Positions 9,537 through 18,632 of a stretch of DNA of 44,740 nt are shown here, in pieces. A program made the translations under genes and the position numbers. Within the stretch, counting starts at the first letter, position 1; each line of letters opens with the position of its first letter. Origin of the DNA: Thermoproteota archaeon (GTDB taxonomy: Archaea; Korarchaeota; Korarchaeia; Korarchaeales; Korarchaeaceae); assembly GCA_027491735.1 (NCBI GenBank), contig JAOZGP010000035.1, positions 1-44,740 on the forward strand, written 5' to 3'. The notes below the pieces were generated by a model. The model was not told the DNA's origin and did no database searches. It saw only the letters and a program-made list of their open reading frames with translations.

Positions 9537-11151
9537 GGGAACACCTCTCCAGTTTATTCATGTTGGAGAGAATTATCTCCTTTGCTGTAGAAACTCCAAT
9601 TCTTTTTATTAGAGGACCAAGCTTCGGTCCCCTGATGTTACCACTGAGAAGGAAGTACACGGCAGAGAAGAACCTAGGTGCTGGTATGTTAAAAGATCTG
9701 GTAACGTTAAAGGCCAGCTCCTGTATTTCCTCGGCAGAAAGACTATCTTCCAGACGGGACAGGAACTGCTTAACTGCTTCAAGCGCTTTGTTGTCCAACT
9801 CCAGAGGATGAGCCTCGATCAGCCCGCTTATATCCTTTATGAAGTTTAGAGCGTACTCAAAGTATCTCTTGAACACCTCATCGCCCAAAAGATCGTTCTT
9901 GTCTAGGTCGTAATACTTGGAGATGAGATCTGCCGCCATCCCGCGCAAGCTCCCTTCATCAAGTTCGTTGATCGGAAGGGTCTCCATCAGAGAGATCATC
10001 GTGTTGAAGGAGAAGGGATGTGGCCTCGGAACCTCTCTCAGAAGATATGTATATTCCACCAGCCTTCTTAGGTTCTCTCTATCCCTCGGATTTTTTATTC
10101 TGGTCGGGTTCCAGTAGAGTGAGAGATTTCTCTCGAGTTCTGATATGTAGAGGGGGATCATCTCCAAGGAGATGTTCCTGGTGCCCGAGTATCTTTTGAG
10201 CATAAGCATTCTTATGGTCTCCGGAGGAGCATACCTGAGCCAGTCCTGAGGGGTTATGACATTCCCCTTGGACTTCGAGATCTTCGTGCCACTGGAATCC
10301 AAAAACATTTCATATGTTATGGTGAAAGGAGGGTCCTTGCCAAGAACTTCCTTGCATATCCTGGCGTTCACTCTGAATGAATCTGCTATATCCTTTCCAT
10401 GGGGCTCGAAGACTATATCTAACGCGCGCCACCTAGCTGCAAACTCACCCTTCCAGGATAGCTTGCCAGGGCCCCTCTCATAGCTCTGTTCTCCAGAATA
10501 GTTGCATCCTTTCACCCCCATGAACTCCTGATCGCATGTGTAGAGAACCTTTCCCTCCTCGGGAAGGACCTCCGTCACCCTGGTGGTGTATATTCTTCCA
10601 CAATTTTCACATACCGGCCAGTAGAAGACCCAACCCTCCGGCTTGTTGGTGCCAACCTCCTCCCTAACTATTTTGTAGACCTCGCGATGATTCTTCAGCA
10701 GAATCGAGATCTCCTCAGATAGGAGACCTGATCTATAAGCCTCCGTCCCCGATATAAAGGTGAACTCTATTTCCAGTCTCTCCAAGGCATCCACAAGCAT
10801 GCTGCTCATGTGTTCACCATAGCTAGAGTGACATCCAAAGGGATCCGGTATGTCCGTGACAGGTATTCCAAGATACCTCCTGAAGTCCTTGGGTATCCCG
10901 TGGGGCACCTTTCTCAATCCGTCCCTGTCGTCGCTATAGGCGATAAGCTCACTTCTTACTCCTAAGTTTTCCAAACCTAACTTAATGGCATATGCCCGCA
11001 AGGAATCCCCTACAGATCCTATATGTGGAAATCCACTGGCTCCTATACCAGATTCCACCCTGTAAACACTTTTCTTGATCCCTCTTTTTTGTAGATCTGA
11101 TAGAATTCTTCTGGCAAGTCCGTCTACCCAGAAAAACTGTTCCCTACTCAT
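9529..11151 (-). CDS. lysS: Lysine--tRNA ligase, class I
   Basis: SGFPHIGS (HIGH-like), CENCG, GKLSWK, KISKSKGN (KMSKS-like), GPKLG. Confidence 0.95.
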   Translation of the reverse strand: MSREQFFWVDGLARRILSDLQKRGIKKSVYRVESGIGASGFPHIGSVGDSLRAYAIKLGLENLGVRSELIAYSDDRDGLRKVPHGIPKDFRRYLGIPVTDIPDPFGCHSSYGEHMSSMLVDALERLEIEFTFISGTEAYRSGLLSEEISILLKNHREVYKIVREEVGTNKPEGWVFYWPVCENCGRIYTTRVTEVLPEEGKVLYTCDQEFMGVKGCNYSGEQSYERGPGKLSWKGEFAARWRALDIVFEPHGKDIADSFRVNARICKEVLGKDPPFTITYEMFLDSSGTKISKSKGNVITPQDWLRYAPPETIRMLMLKRYSGTRNISLEMIPLYISELERNLSLYWNPTRIKNPRDRENLRRLVEYTYLLREVPRPHPFSFNTMISLMETLPINELDEGSLRGMAADLISKYYDLDKNDLLGDEVFKRYFEYALNFIKDISGLIEAHPLELDNKALEAVKQFLSRLEDSLSAEEIQELAFNVTRSFNIPAPRFFSAVYFLLSGNIRGPKLGPLIKRIGVSTAKEIILSNMNKLERCSHD

Positions 11152-11264
11152 CCCAACCCGAGATTGAGGGAAAACTCTAGTTAAAAGTTTATTATGATAT
11201 TTCATAGTAGAGAAATCCTATAAAAAGAGGAATGAGTTTTAATGAGAGAGCAGGAGAACTTCCC

Positions 11265-11549
11265 TCATTCCTGGGTGAGCTCTATCTCTATTACGCTTAT
11301 GTCCCTCCTGCTCCCGTCCGGATTTATTATCTCCTCAGTTCCAGTCCTTATATCAGAGATCCTTATCTTGCCAGGGAAGTACTTGAGCCTGGTTATCTCA
11401 GCCACATCCACAGCTCTGGATATGGCCCTTCCCCTAGCCTTAAGGACGATCTTTTTGACTCCCCTGTTTATCTGGAGAGTTGCCGCCATAACGTAGTTTA
11501 TAGCAGGTTTCCTGCCGACAAAAACTATTCCCTCATTCTCAGAACCCAT
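11265..11549 (-). CDS. albA: Chromatin protein Alba
   Basis: VGRKPAINYV, KARGRAISRAVDVAE. Confidence 0.95.
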   Translation of the reverse strand: MGSENEGIVFVGRKPAINYVMAATLQINRGVKKIVLKARGRAISRAVDVAEITRLKYFPGKIRISDIRTGTEEIINPDGSRRDISVIEIELTQE

Positions 11550-11641
11550 ACATCTCACACCTCCGCTCCCTGTTGCACAGTGTTATGGTGATGTTGTGCA
11601 GGTCTAGTTGGAGTCCTATAAATAAAAAGGTTGCTGTCATT

Positions 11642-11872
11642 TCACCTCTTTCTATCCCTGATTCTAATCCCTCTCTCTATGATCACAGGAAGTCTGCCCT
11701 TCTCGAATTCCAACTTTGCCAGTTCAATGGGATCGTCCAAACCAGGTGGTATTTCCTCCTCACTAAGGAGGAGAGGAGCTCCTGCTGCTATTTGCTGAGC
11801 TCTTGCGGAGATTATTCTGATATACTCATACTTGGAAAAAAATTGAGGTTTGGAGTTTTTCTTTTCATTCAC
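11642..11872 (-). CDS. rpoK: RNA polymerase subunit Rpo6 (K)
   Basis: KYEYIRIISARAQQIAAGAP, DPIELAKLEF, LPVIIER. Confidence 0.92.
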   Translation of the reverse strand: MNEKKNSKPQFFSKYEYIRIISARAQQIAAGAPLLLSEEEIPPGLDDPIELAKLEFEKGRLPVIIERGIRIRDRKR

Positions 11873-13508
11873 CGCCTTTCTCTCCCTTCTCAAGCTTGCC
11901 AGCTGCCGCTATTATGTCATCTATCTTGAGTATGGTCACGGCGAACTCAGCGGCAGATTCTATCGCATACTTATGCACTCTAGTTGGTTCTATTACTCCC
12001 CGGCTGTTCATATCCACGACCTTGCCCTCAAAGACATCAAAGCCATAGGATATCTTGCCTTCAGTGTGAGCCTTTCTCAAATCAGCCATGAGAAACACAG
12101 GATCCTCTCCAGCGTTCTCTATGAGAGCACGCGGCACGACCTCCAGGGATTCAGCGAGTTTCTCCACAACTATCTGTTCCTTTCCTCCGAGGGCATTTGC
12201 GTACTCCTTGAGCCTAAGAGCGAGGTGAGCGTGGACAGCACCTCCTCCAGGAGTTACAGTTCCGTCCTCAACGACATCTCTTACCACACTAAGAGCATCC
12301 TGCAGATTCCTCTCCACCTCATCTATCACTTGCTTTGATCCACCTCTTACGAGTATCGAGACAGCCTTGGGATTCTTGCAGTTCTCGATGAAGACCATTT
12401 TATCCTCTCCAACGCGCCTCTCTTCTACAAGACCGGCCTCTCCTAGGTCTGAGGGGTTCATGTCCCTCACATTGACCACGATATTGGCTCCTGTGGCTCT
12501 GGCGAGTTTCTCCATGTCAGACTTCCTCACCCTTCTGACGGCCAATATCCCCTTCCTTGCCAAAAAGTGCTGAGCTATATCATCAATACCCTTCTGACAG
12601 AACACCACGTTAGCTCCGGTGGCAGCTATCTTCTCGACAAGTTCTCGGAGCATCTCTCTTTCCTGCCTGAGGAACTCCCCGACCTGGGATGGAGAGACAA
12701 CCCTTATCTTCGACGAGATCTCAGGCTTCTTTACCTCTAGAGCTCTCTCTATCAGGGCTATCTTGGCGTTCTTGACGATCCTAGGCATATCTGGGTGGAC
12801 CACCTCCTTATCTATGACAAGCCCTTTTATCAACTGAGTATCGAACAAAGAACCGCCCTCCTTCTTTTCTATCTTGACGTGATCCAGGTCCACAACTCTC
12901 TTTCCGTTTCTCTCCTCGTATACCGACAGAACAGCCTCAGTAACTATTTTTGCTAAGTGATCCTTAGCCGCTGCAACAGCCTTGGACCCCATTGAGATCT
13001 TAGCAACCTTCTCGAGGATCTCTCTGTCTTTCCAGTCAACCTCCTGACCCACCTCCTTCTCGAGAATCTCCACAGCCTTCCTGGCAGCTTTACGATAACC
13101 TTCTATTATGACGGTCGGGTGTATACCCATGTCTATAAGATCCTGTGCTTTCGAGAGAAGCTCTCCCGCCAGAACAACCACAGTAGTTGTTCCGTCACCG
13201 GCCTCCTGTTCCTGTGCCTTAGCTAGGTCGACGAGCATTTTTGCAGTTGGATGCTCCACCTCTATTTCCTTCATTATGGTTGCCCCGTCGTGTGTTATGA
13301 CAACGTCTCCGAACGGGTCGACGAGCATTTTCTGCATGCCCTTCGGGCTGATCGTTGTTCTAAGAGCCTCGCTTAGAGTTTTAGCTACCATTATGTTCAG
13401 TCTCAGGGCTTCCTTGCCCTTGGTCCGCGAGGTTCCTTCCTTAAGGACTATCACAGGGATTGACTCGGTAGGCGCCAATTTCTCGGTAGGCGCCAATTTC
13501 TCGGACAT
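11865..13508 (-). CDS. Thermosome subunit (group II chaperonin)
   Basis: GDGTTTVVV, FCQKGIDD, GGGA, ILKIDDII. Confidence 0.97.
   Translation of the reverse strand: MSEKLAPTEKLAPTESIPVIVLKEGTSRTKGKEALRLNIMVAKTLSEALRTTISPKGMQKMLVDPFGDVVITHDGATIMKEIEVEHPTAKMLVDLAKAQEQEAGDGTTTVVVLAGELLSKAQDLIDMGIHPTVIIEGYRKAARKAVEILEKEVGQEVDWKDREILEKVAKISMGSKAVAAAKDHLAKIVTEAVLSVYEERNGKRVVDLDHVKIEKKEGGSLFDTQLIKGLVIDKEVVHPDMPRIVKNAKIALIERALEVKKPEISSKIRVVSPSQVGEFLRQEREMLRELVEKIAATGANVVFCQKGIDDIAQHFLARKGILAVRRVRKSDMEKLARATGANIVVNVRDMNPSDLGEAGLVEERRVGEDKMVFIENCKNPKAVSILVRGGSKQVIDEVERNLQDALSVVRDVVEDGTVTPGGGAVHAHLALRLKEYANALGGKEQIVVEKLAESLEVVPRALIENAGEDPVFLMADLRKAHTEGKISYGFDVFEGKVVDMNSRGVIEPTRVHKYAIESAAEFAVTILKIDDIIAAAGKLEKGEKGGE
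13464..13504. repeat. Perfect 18-bp tandem repeat (2.3 copies) in the thermosome 5' end
   Basis: ctcggtaggcgccaattt x2 + ctcgg; encodes EKLAPT-EKLAPT. Confidence 0.9.
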
Positions 13509-13675
13509 ACACCATCACCTCTTCAGGTAGATAAGCCTTAGGCTTTTTAAAGATAGGACTAGTGAAGCGCTGATCTACTGGATCTAGTTTAGGCTCACGG
13601 CTTTAAAAATTTATTTCTTCAGTTCTCAGAGGGGATGCCTTTAATACCACTCAGAGGATCATCTGATCAGGAAGG

Positions 13676-16516
13676 ATGGATCCCCTGAAGACCATTTGTG
13701 AGCCTCTCAGGAGAGGTATAGAGAGAAAAAAGTTTACACTAACCGAAGTTCAGAGAAAAGCCCTGCTGGAGATACCAGCTCGAAGAAGAGTGATCCTAAT
13801 ATCGCCAACTGGAACCGGAAAGACCGAAGCAGCTCTTTGGCCGGTCATTACTGAGATCTATAGAAAGAGGGGGAAGCCCATCTCTATAGTTTACGTGACT
13901 CCCTTGAGGGCCCTCAACAGGGACCTGGAGCAGAGAATAAGGTTTTGGTGTGATCTGGTTGGTCTCAGGGTGGATGTCAGACATGGAGATACGAGCCCCT
14001 ATAGAAGAAGATCCCAGGCTTTGTCTCCTCCAGATGTCCTGATAACCACACCAGAGACTCTTCAAGTTCTACTGATAGGAAAGAGACTTAGAGAGGGAAT
14101 AAAGAATGTGAAGTGGATCATAGTGGATGAGGTGCACGAGCTCGTCGATGACAAGAGAGGAGTACAGCTCTCAGTTACTTTGCGCAGACTGATGGACCTC
14201 TTGCATGAAGATCCAGGAATAATTCTGCTGTCTGCTACAGTACCCAATCCAGAGCTTGTTAGAAAGTTTTTTCTCGGTAATTCAGGACATGTAGTCATCT
14301 CTAATCCTGAAAGAGAGGTTATCCTTTCTGTTGAGTATCCAAAGCCCGGTAAAGAAGGAAAGAGTAGGCTCGGTGTAGATGAGGGCCTATCGGCCAGGAT
14401 CCACAGGATCATCGAGTTGATAAGGTCCAGCAGAGCCTGCTTGATATTTACGAACACTAGATCTACCGCTGAGGCCTTGGCTAACAAGTTGAACCATATT
14501 TTGGCGAGGGATCACATGAAGATCAGCGTTCATCACAGCTCTTTGTCGAGGGAATCGAGAGAAGAGACGGAGAGAATGTTTAGGAGGGATGAATTGGATG
14601 CTGTTGTGGCAACCAGCTCGCTCGAGCTCGGGATAGATATAGGGTCCGTTGACCTTGTTGTTCAGTACATGTCCCCACGTCAAGCGATAAGAATTTTACA
14701 GAGAGTAGGTAGAGCGAGTCATCGGCCTGGAGAGCCCGCTAGAGGAGTGATTATAGCGGACGGCTTCGACGACTTTCTTGAATCGCTTGTGTTGGCAAGA
14801 AGAGCTTGTGAAAAAAACCTGGAACCCATCAGGTTCTTTCGAAGACCCCTGGATGTTCTATCTCACCAGTTGGTGGGAGAGACGATAATGAGAAGAAAGG
14901 TTTCTCTGATGGATTTTTTCATTAAAATAACGGAGCTCTGGCCATATGAAGAGATATCCATCGAGGATCTCAGGGAGGTGGCGCGCTTCCTCAGCTCAAT
15001 GAGACCAAGACTCTTGTGGTACAACGAGGAGAGGGATGAGGTGTTTTTGGGAGATATGCAGCGAGTCATGGAGTACTACTTCGGTAATCTCTCAACGATA
15101 CCCGACGTGAAGACCATACCAGTCTATGATGAATCCTCTGGTTTCTTTGTGGGCTCATTAGATGAGAATTTCGTGGCTGAATACATCAAGCCCGGAATCA
15201 AGTTCGTCTTCAGGGGATCTATATGGAGAGTAAAGGAGGTTGGAGGAGGAAAGGTTCTGGTCACTCCAGACTCAGATCTGACAGGAGCCATACCTAGTTG
15301 GGCTGGTGAGGAGATACCGGTCGATAGAGAAACCGCTGAAGTCGTTGGAAAGATAAAATTCATGGTTTATGAGATGATCTCGGAGGGAGTTCCTGAGGAA
15401 GAGATTGTGAGTAATCTGACGAGAATTTTCCCTTTTACGGAGAAGGATTGTCTAATTGAGGGGATTAAACCCCTCCTGGAGCACATCAAAAGAGGTTTTC
15501 CTGTACCCAGCGATCGAAGCTTAGTGTTAGAGAGTGTAGGGGATGTGACTGTGATACATTCACATCTGGGAACCTTGATCAATAGAGCTCTGGCCAGGAC
15601 CGTGGCATACATGGTGCTGAAGAACCTCAGGATCCCTGTAAGGGTGTATGCAGATCCCTACCATATCTTCATCATTGGAATTAGTGGCGAGGCTGTAGCC
15701 TCGTTCCTGAAGAACGCTCTTTTAAGAGAGGTGGATGAGAGAGAAGTCGCAAGATCTACCGGGTTTTATGCTATAAGGCTCGTCCAGGTAGCCAGGAGAT
15801 TTGGTGCTATAAGAAGGGACGCTGACATAACAAGAGTGGGGCTAAAAAGACTTATAGAGGCGTATAGAGGAACGATCATCGATAAAGAAGCTCTAAATGA
15901 GGTATTTACGTTAGATCTCGATTTTGATGGTTTGGAGAAGGTCAGGAAAGCCTACAAAGGAGGTCAGCTCGGGATAATAGTCAGTCCTTTCGAACAGTTT
16001 TCACCCCTAGCCCTGGAGGGGTTGATCAGATCGCCCTATCTGTTGGAGATAGCTCCTCCAGATGAGCTGATGAAGAGGCTTCTCGACATGTTCAAAAGAA
16101 GGCTCTTGAGAACTCAGATCTTTGTTGTCTGTTCTAACTGCTGGCAGTGGGGCTCGTGGATCTCGATCTCTGCGTTGACTGAGATTGATACCCTGAAGTG
16201 CCCTGTTTGTGGTGATAGAAGGCTAGCTGGATTTCATGGAAGGCCCGCTGGAGAAGCGATGAACTCTGTAGAGCTTTCTAGAAGGAAGGGACGGCCTTCT
16301 GTGAAAAACGCTAAGCTAGCTAACGTTGCGTATGAACTGGGGCTTCTCACACAGAGATATGGTAATCTGGCCTTGGTCTGTGCGGGAGCGAGGGCCTTGG
16401 ACTTGGAGAGATTGAGAGAGATTCTTGAGAGACATAAGAAGCTCAGCGATTCTCTTCTGTTGGATCTAGCTAAGATGGAAAGCGATTGCATTAACTTAAG
16501 AACGAAAGCTCTTTGA
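13676..16516 (+). CDS. lhr: Lhr-family SF2 helicase with C-terminal Cys4 motif
   Basis: SPTGTGKT, PLRALN, DEVH, SAT, LELGIDIG, QRVGRASH, IPSWAGE, CSNC..CPVC. Confidence 0.9.
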   Translation: MDPLKTICEPLRRGIERKKFTLTEVQRKALLEIPARRRVILISPTGTGKTEAALWPVITEIYRKRGKPISIVYVTPLRALNRDLEQRIRFWCDLVGLRVDVRHGDTSPYRRRSQALSPPDVLITTPETLQVLLIGKRLREGIKNVKWIIVDEVHELVDDKRGVQLSVTLRRLMDLLHEDPGIILLSATVPNPELVRKFFLGNSGHVVISNPEREVILSVEYPKPGKEGKSRLGVDEGLSARIHRIIELIRSSRACLIFTNTRSTAEALANKLNHILARDHMKISVHHSSLSRESREETERMFRRDELDAVVATSSLELGIDIGSVDLVVQYMSPRQAIRILQRVGRASHRPGEPARGVIIADGFDDFLESLVLARRACEKNLEPIRFFRRPLDVLSHQLVGETIMRRKVSLMDFFIKITELWPYEEISIEDLREVARFLSSMRPRLLWYNEERDEVFLGDMQRVMEYYFGNLSTIPDVKTIPVYDESSGFFVGSLDENFVAEYIKPGIKFVFRGSIWRVKEVGGGKVLVTPDSDLTGAIPSWAGEEIPVDRETAEVVGKIKFMVYEMISEGVPEEEIVSNLTRIFPFTEKDCLIEGIKPLLEHIKRGFPVPSDRSLVLESVGDVTVIHSHLGTLINRALARTVAYMVLKNLRIPVRVYADPYHIFIIGISGEAVASFLKNALLREVDEREVARSTGFYAIRLVQVARRFGAIRRDADITRVGLKRLIEAYRGTIIDKEALNEVFTLDLDFDGLEKVRKAYKGGQLGIIVSPFEQFSPLALEGLIRSPYLLEIAPPDELMKRLLDMFKRRLLRTQIFVVCSNCWQWGSWISISALTEIDTLKCPVCGDRRLAGFHGRPAGEAMNSVELSRRKGRPSVKNAKLANVAYELGLLTQRYGNLALVCAGARALDLERLREILERHKKLSDSLLLDLAKMESDCINLRTKAL

Positions 16517-17140
16517 TCATTCGCTAAGCGACACCTTTAGGATCCTTCTAGCAGCTTCCTCCGGATCCTTGGATCGGGTAACCGCTCTTCCAACCATCAC
16601 GAAGTCGAGCTCCCCTATCAGAGAAGGAAGTACATCTTCATTTATTCCACCAGCTGCCCCGAGTTTGAGCTTTGAGGTTTTCACTCCTTCAATGGACTCG
16701 CTTCCAAGAACTCCTTCGTCTATCCCTCGATGAATGCAAACTCTATGGACCCCCTCTTTGTGGGCCTCATCTATTAACCACGGGACGTTCTCGACTCCAA
16801 GTGTATCTAGGAGTATCTCTCCGTTGAAGTCATCTGCGACCTTCAGAGCTTCCCTCCAAGTTGCTCTGGGAGCTGCTCCCATGACGCTGCATATATCCGC
16901 CCCGTTCTCGAATGCCAGGGATGCCTCCAAGGCTCCTGTATCCATAGTCTTCATGTCAGCAAATATTGTCACATTGGGAAAGAGCTCTCTGAAGATTTTC
17001 ACAGTCCTCACACCCTCAGCTTTTATCAGAGGTGTACCTATCTCCAGATGAGAGATACCGGCTCGGATAACGGAATAGGCCACTTTTATTGCCTCGGATA
17101 GGCTTGTGAAGTCTAGAGAGATGAAGACCTCCAAGCTCAT
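16517..17140 (-). CDS. 3-hexulose-6-phosphate synthase-like protein (OMPDC/HUMPS family)
   Basis: EIGTPLIKAEG, ADMKTMDTG, HRGID, AGGI, VGRAVT. Confidence 0.85.
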   Translation of the reverse strand: MSLEVFISLDFTSLSEAIKVAYSVIRAGISHLEIGTPLIKAEGVRTVKIFRELFPNVTIFADMKTMDTGALEASLAFENGADICSVMGAAPRATWREALKVADDFNGEILLDTLGVENVPWLIDEAHKEGVHRVCIHRGIDEGVLGSESIEGVKTSKLKLGAAGGINEDVLPSLIGELDFVMVGRAVTRSKDPEEAARRILKVSLSE

Positions 17141-17416
17141 TTACACCTCGCTCCGCTTTCTCTTAAACCTGAGAAGCTGGACGATGAAGATCAGATAGGG
17201 AATTAATAAGAATATTGACAATGCAGCCAGAATTAGGATCAACTCTAACGGAACTCCTTTGCCGAAGGCAAAAATCAGAGGGCCCACCACAACGACTCCT
17301 CCTCCTGAGATCGTTGATCCTCTTGGTACTCCTCCCATGAGGAGGCTCAAAGCGACCAAGAGAAATCCTGTCACTATCAGGCCAAAGGCAATCGCTGGGA
17401 CAACGTTCCTATTCAA
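17141..17416 (-). CDS. DUF131-like small membrane protein
   Basis: GGGVVVVGPLIFAFG between TM helices. Confidence 0.65.
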   Translation of the reverse strand: MNRNVVPAIAFGLIVTGFLLVALSLLMGGVPRGSTISGGGVVVVGPLIFAFGKGVPLELILILAALSIFLLIPYLIFIVQLLRFKRKRSEV

Positions 17417-17417
17417 C

Positions 17418-17693
17418 TCACCACAACCTCCCGGTGGTGGGTAGAGAGAGGAGGAACCCAAATATCATAAGAGCTATCATCAGAATTATGAGCAAGAGGA
17501 CAAGTCTTCGATCCACGTTTTTTCCTATGAATATAGGGAGGGGCCCTATCATCACTATGCCGGCGGCCTTGGTCTCCTCCTCGTGATTTCTCTGATCGCC
17601 TCCGAAGGAGTCCACGAATGGGTATAAGATCAAGAGCAGTATTCCTGATAGGATCATCAAAAATCCAAGGTATAGAAGCTCGGCACCGGACAC
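17418..17693 (-). CDS. DUF131 family membrane protein
   Basis: AAGIVMIGPLPIFIG between TM helices. Confidence 0.75.
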   Translation of the reverse strand: MSGAELLYLGFLMILSGILLLILYPFVDSFGGDQRNHEEETKAAGIVMIGPLPIFIGKNVDRRLVLLLIILMIALMIFGFLLSLPTTGRLW

Positions 17694-17797
17694 TGCTCCT
17701 CCCCTTTCACGTTAGGATTGATCCCGTGTAAAAGCATTACTGTCCTTCCAGCGAAGAATTAGTGTATTTTTCATAATTTCCCGATGGGAGACGTGAG

Positions 17798-18060
17798 CAG
17801 AAAATCATGATGTTGCATATGTAACATAGGATAGCTTCTGGGACATCAAAACCTTTATAAAGATGAGGGTCGACGGTGGAATGAGCTCCGTTCGGGATAT
17901 GAGGGGGGTAGTGATGAGGGATAAGCTCAAAAGAGCGGAGCTCGGATGGGATAGATGTGAGAAGCTCTGCTCCCCCCGAAGGACTGCTGATGAGTGGAGG
18001 CAGGAAGGTTGTTCGTCATAAATGTCACGAAGGTTACAAATGTAGCGGGTAGCTGGAACG
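17798..18060 (+). mobile_element. Dispersed repeat copy A: TATA-like box plus structured RNA, probably IS200/IS605 (tnpB omegaRNA)-derived
   Basis: Collinear with 44543-44740 (about 60/82 identities in the core by hand) and with 36705-36830 on the minus strand. Confidence 0.65.
17847..17862 (+). promoter_or_regulatory. Putative BRE/TATA (caaaacc-TTTATAAAG)
   Basis: TATA-like box; equivalent ctttatgaag at the same offset in copy B. Confidence 0.55.
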
Positions 18061-18082
18061 TGAGTGCGGAAGGTCGTCTAAA

Positions 18083-18619
18083 ATGGTTGAAAGCGAGGTT
18101 CTATCTGAGATAAGGGAAGATATTGAGAGATCCAGAAGTATCATTGAGGAGGCCAGGAAGAAGGCTGAGGAGATCATTGAGGAGGCCAGGAAGAAGGCTG
18201 AGGTCGAGGCGGATAAGATCATCGGTCGGGCCAGATATGAGATCAGGGCTGCCAGAAATAGAAAGAAGAATGAGATCGTGAACGGGATTTTCCATAACGC
18301 TGAGAAGATATTAGAGCGTTACACCTCAGATGACGAGAGAGCTCTCAGTGAAACGATCAGACTTATCAAAGCCACCTCAAAAGAACTCAGTGGAGAGGAG
18401 ATCAAAGTTAAAATTCCTGTCAGGTTTAAAGACAAGGTTAACGTCCTTAAGAAAGAACTCGGCGTTGAGATTGAGGCGGAGGACACACTGAGGAGCAGGT
18501 GTGGAGGAATCGTGTTAACTAAGGATGAGAGGATATGGATAGAGACCACGATTGAAAGTCGGATGAAGGAGGCCAAGGACAAACTAAGGCTCCAGGTCAT
18601 CAAAATCCTCTCGTCCTGA
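18083..18619 (+). CDS. atpE: A/V-type ATP synthase subunit E
   Basis: 11-residue coiled-coil repeats IIEEARKKAEE; C-terminal GGIVLT..RIWIETTIESR; operon context. Confidence 0.8.
   Translation: MVESEVLSEIREDIERSRSIIEEARKKAEEIIEEARKKAEVEADKIIGRARYEIRAARNRKKNEIVNGIFHNAEKILERYTSDDERALSETIRLIKATSKELSGEEIKVKIPVRFKDKVNVLKKELGVEIEAEDTLRSRCGGIVLTKDERIWIETTIESRMKEAKDKLRLQVIKILSS
18140..18203. repeat. 33-bp tandem duplication in atpE
   Basis: atcattgaggaggccaggaagaaggctgagg twice, period 33. Confidence 0.9.
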
Positions 18620-18632
18620 GAGGGGGTTCCGC

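Noticed and set aside
17911-17990. Box C (GTGATGA) and box D (CTGA) as a C/D sRNA
   Set aside because: About 70 nt apart with no clear D'/C' boxes; box C is not conserved in copy B
17881-18021. 46-aa uORF (MSSVRDMRG...) as the missing subunit H
   Set aside because: No coiled-coil character; lies within the repeat family
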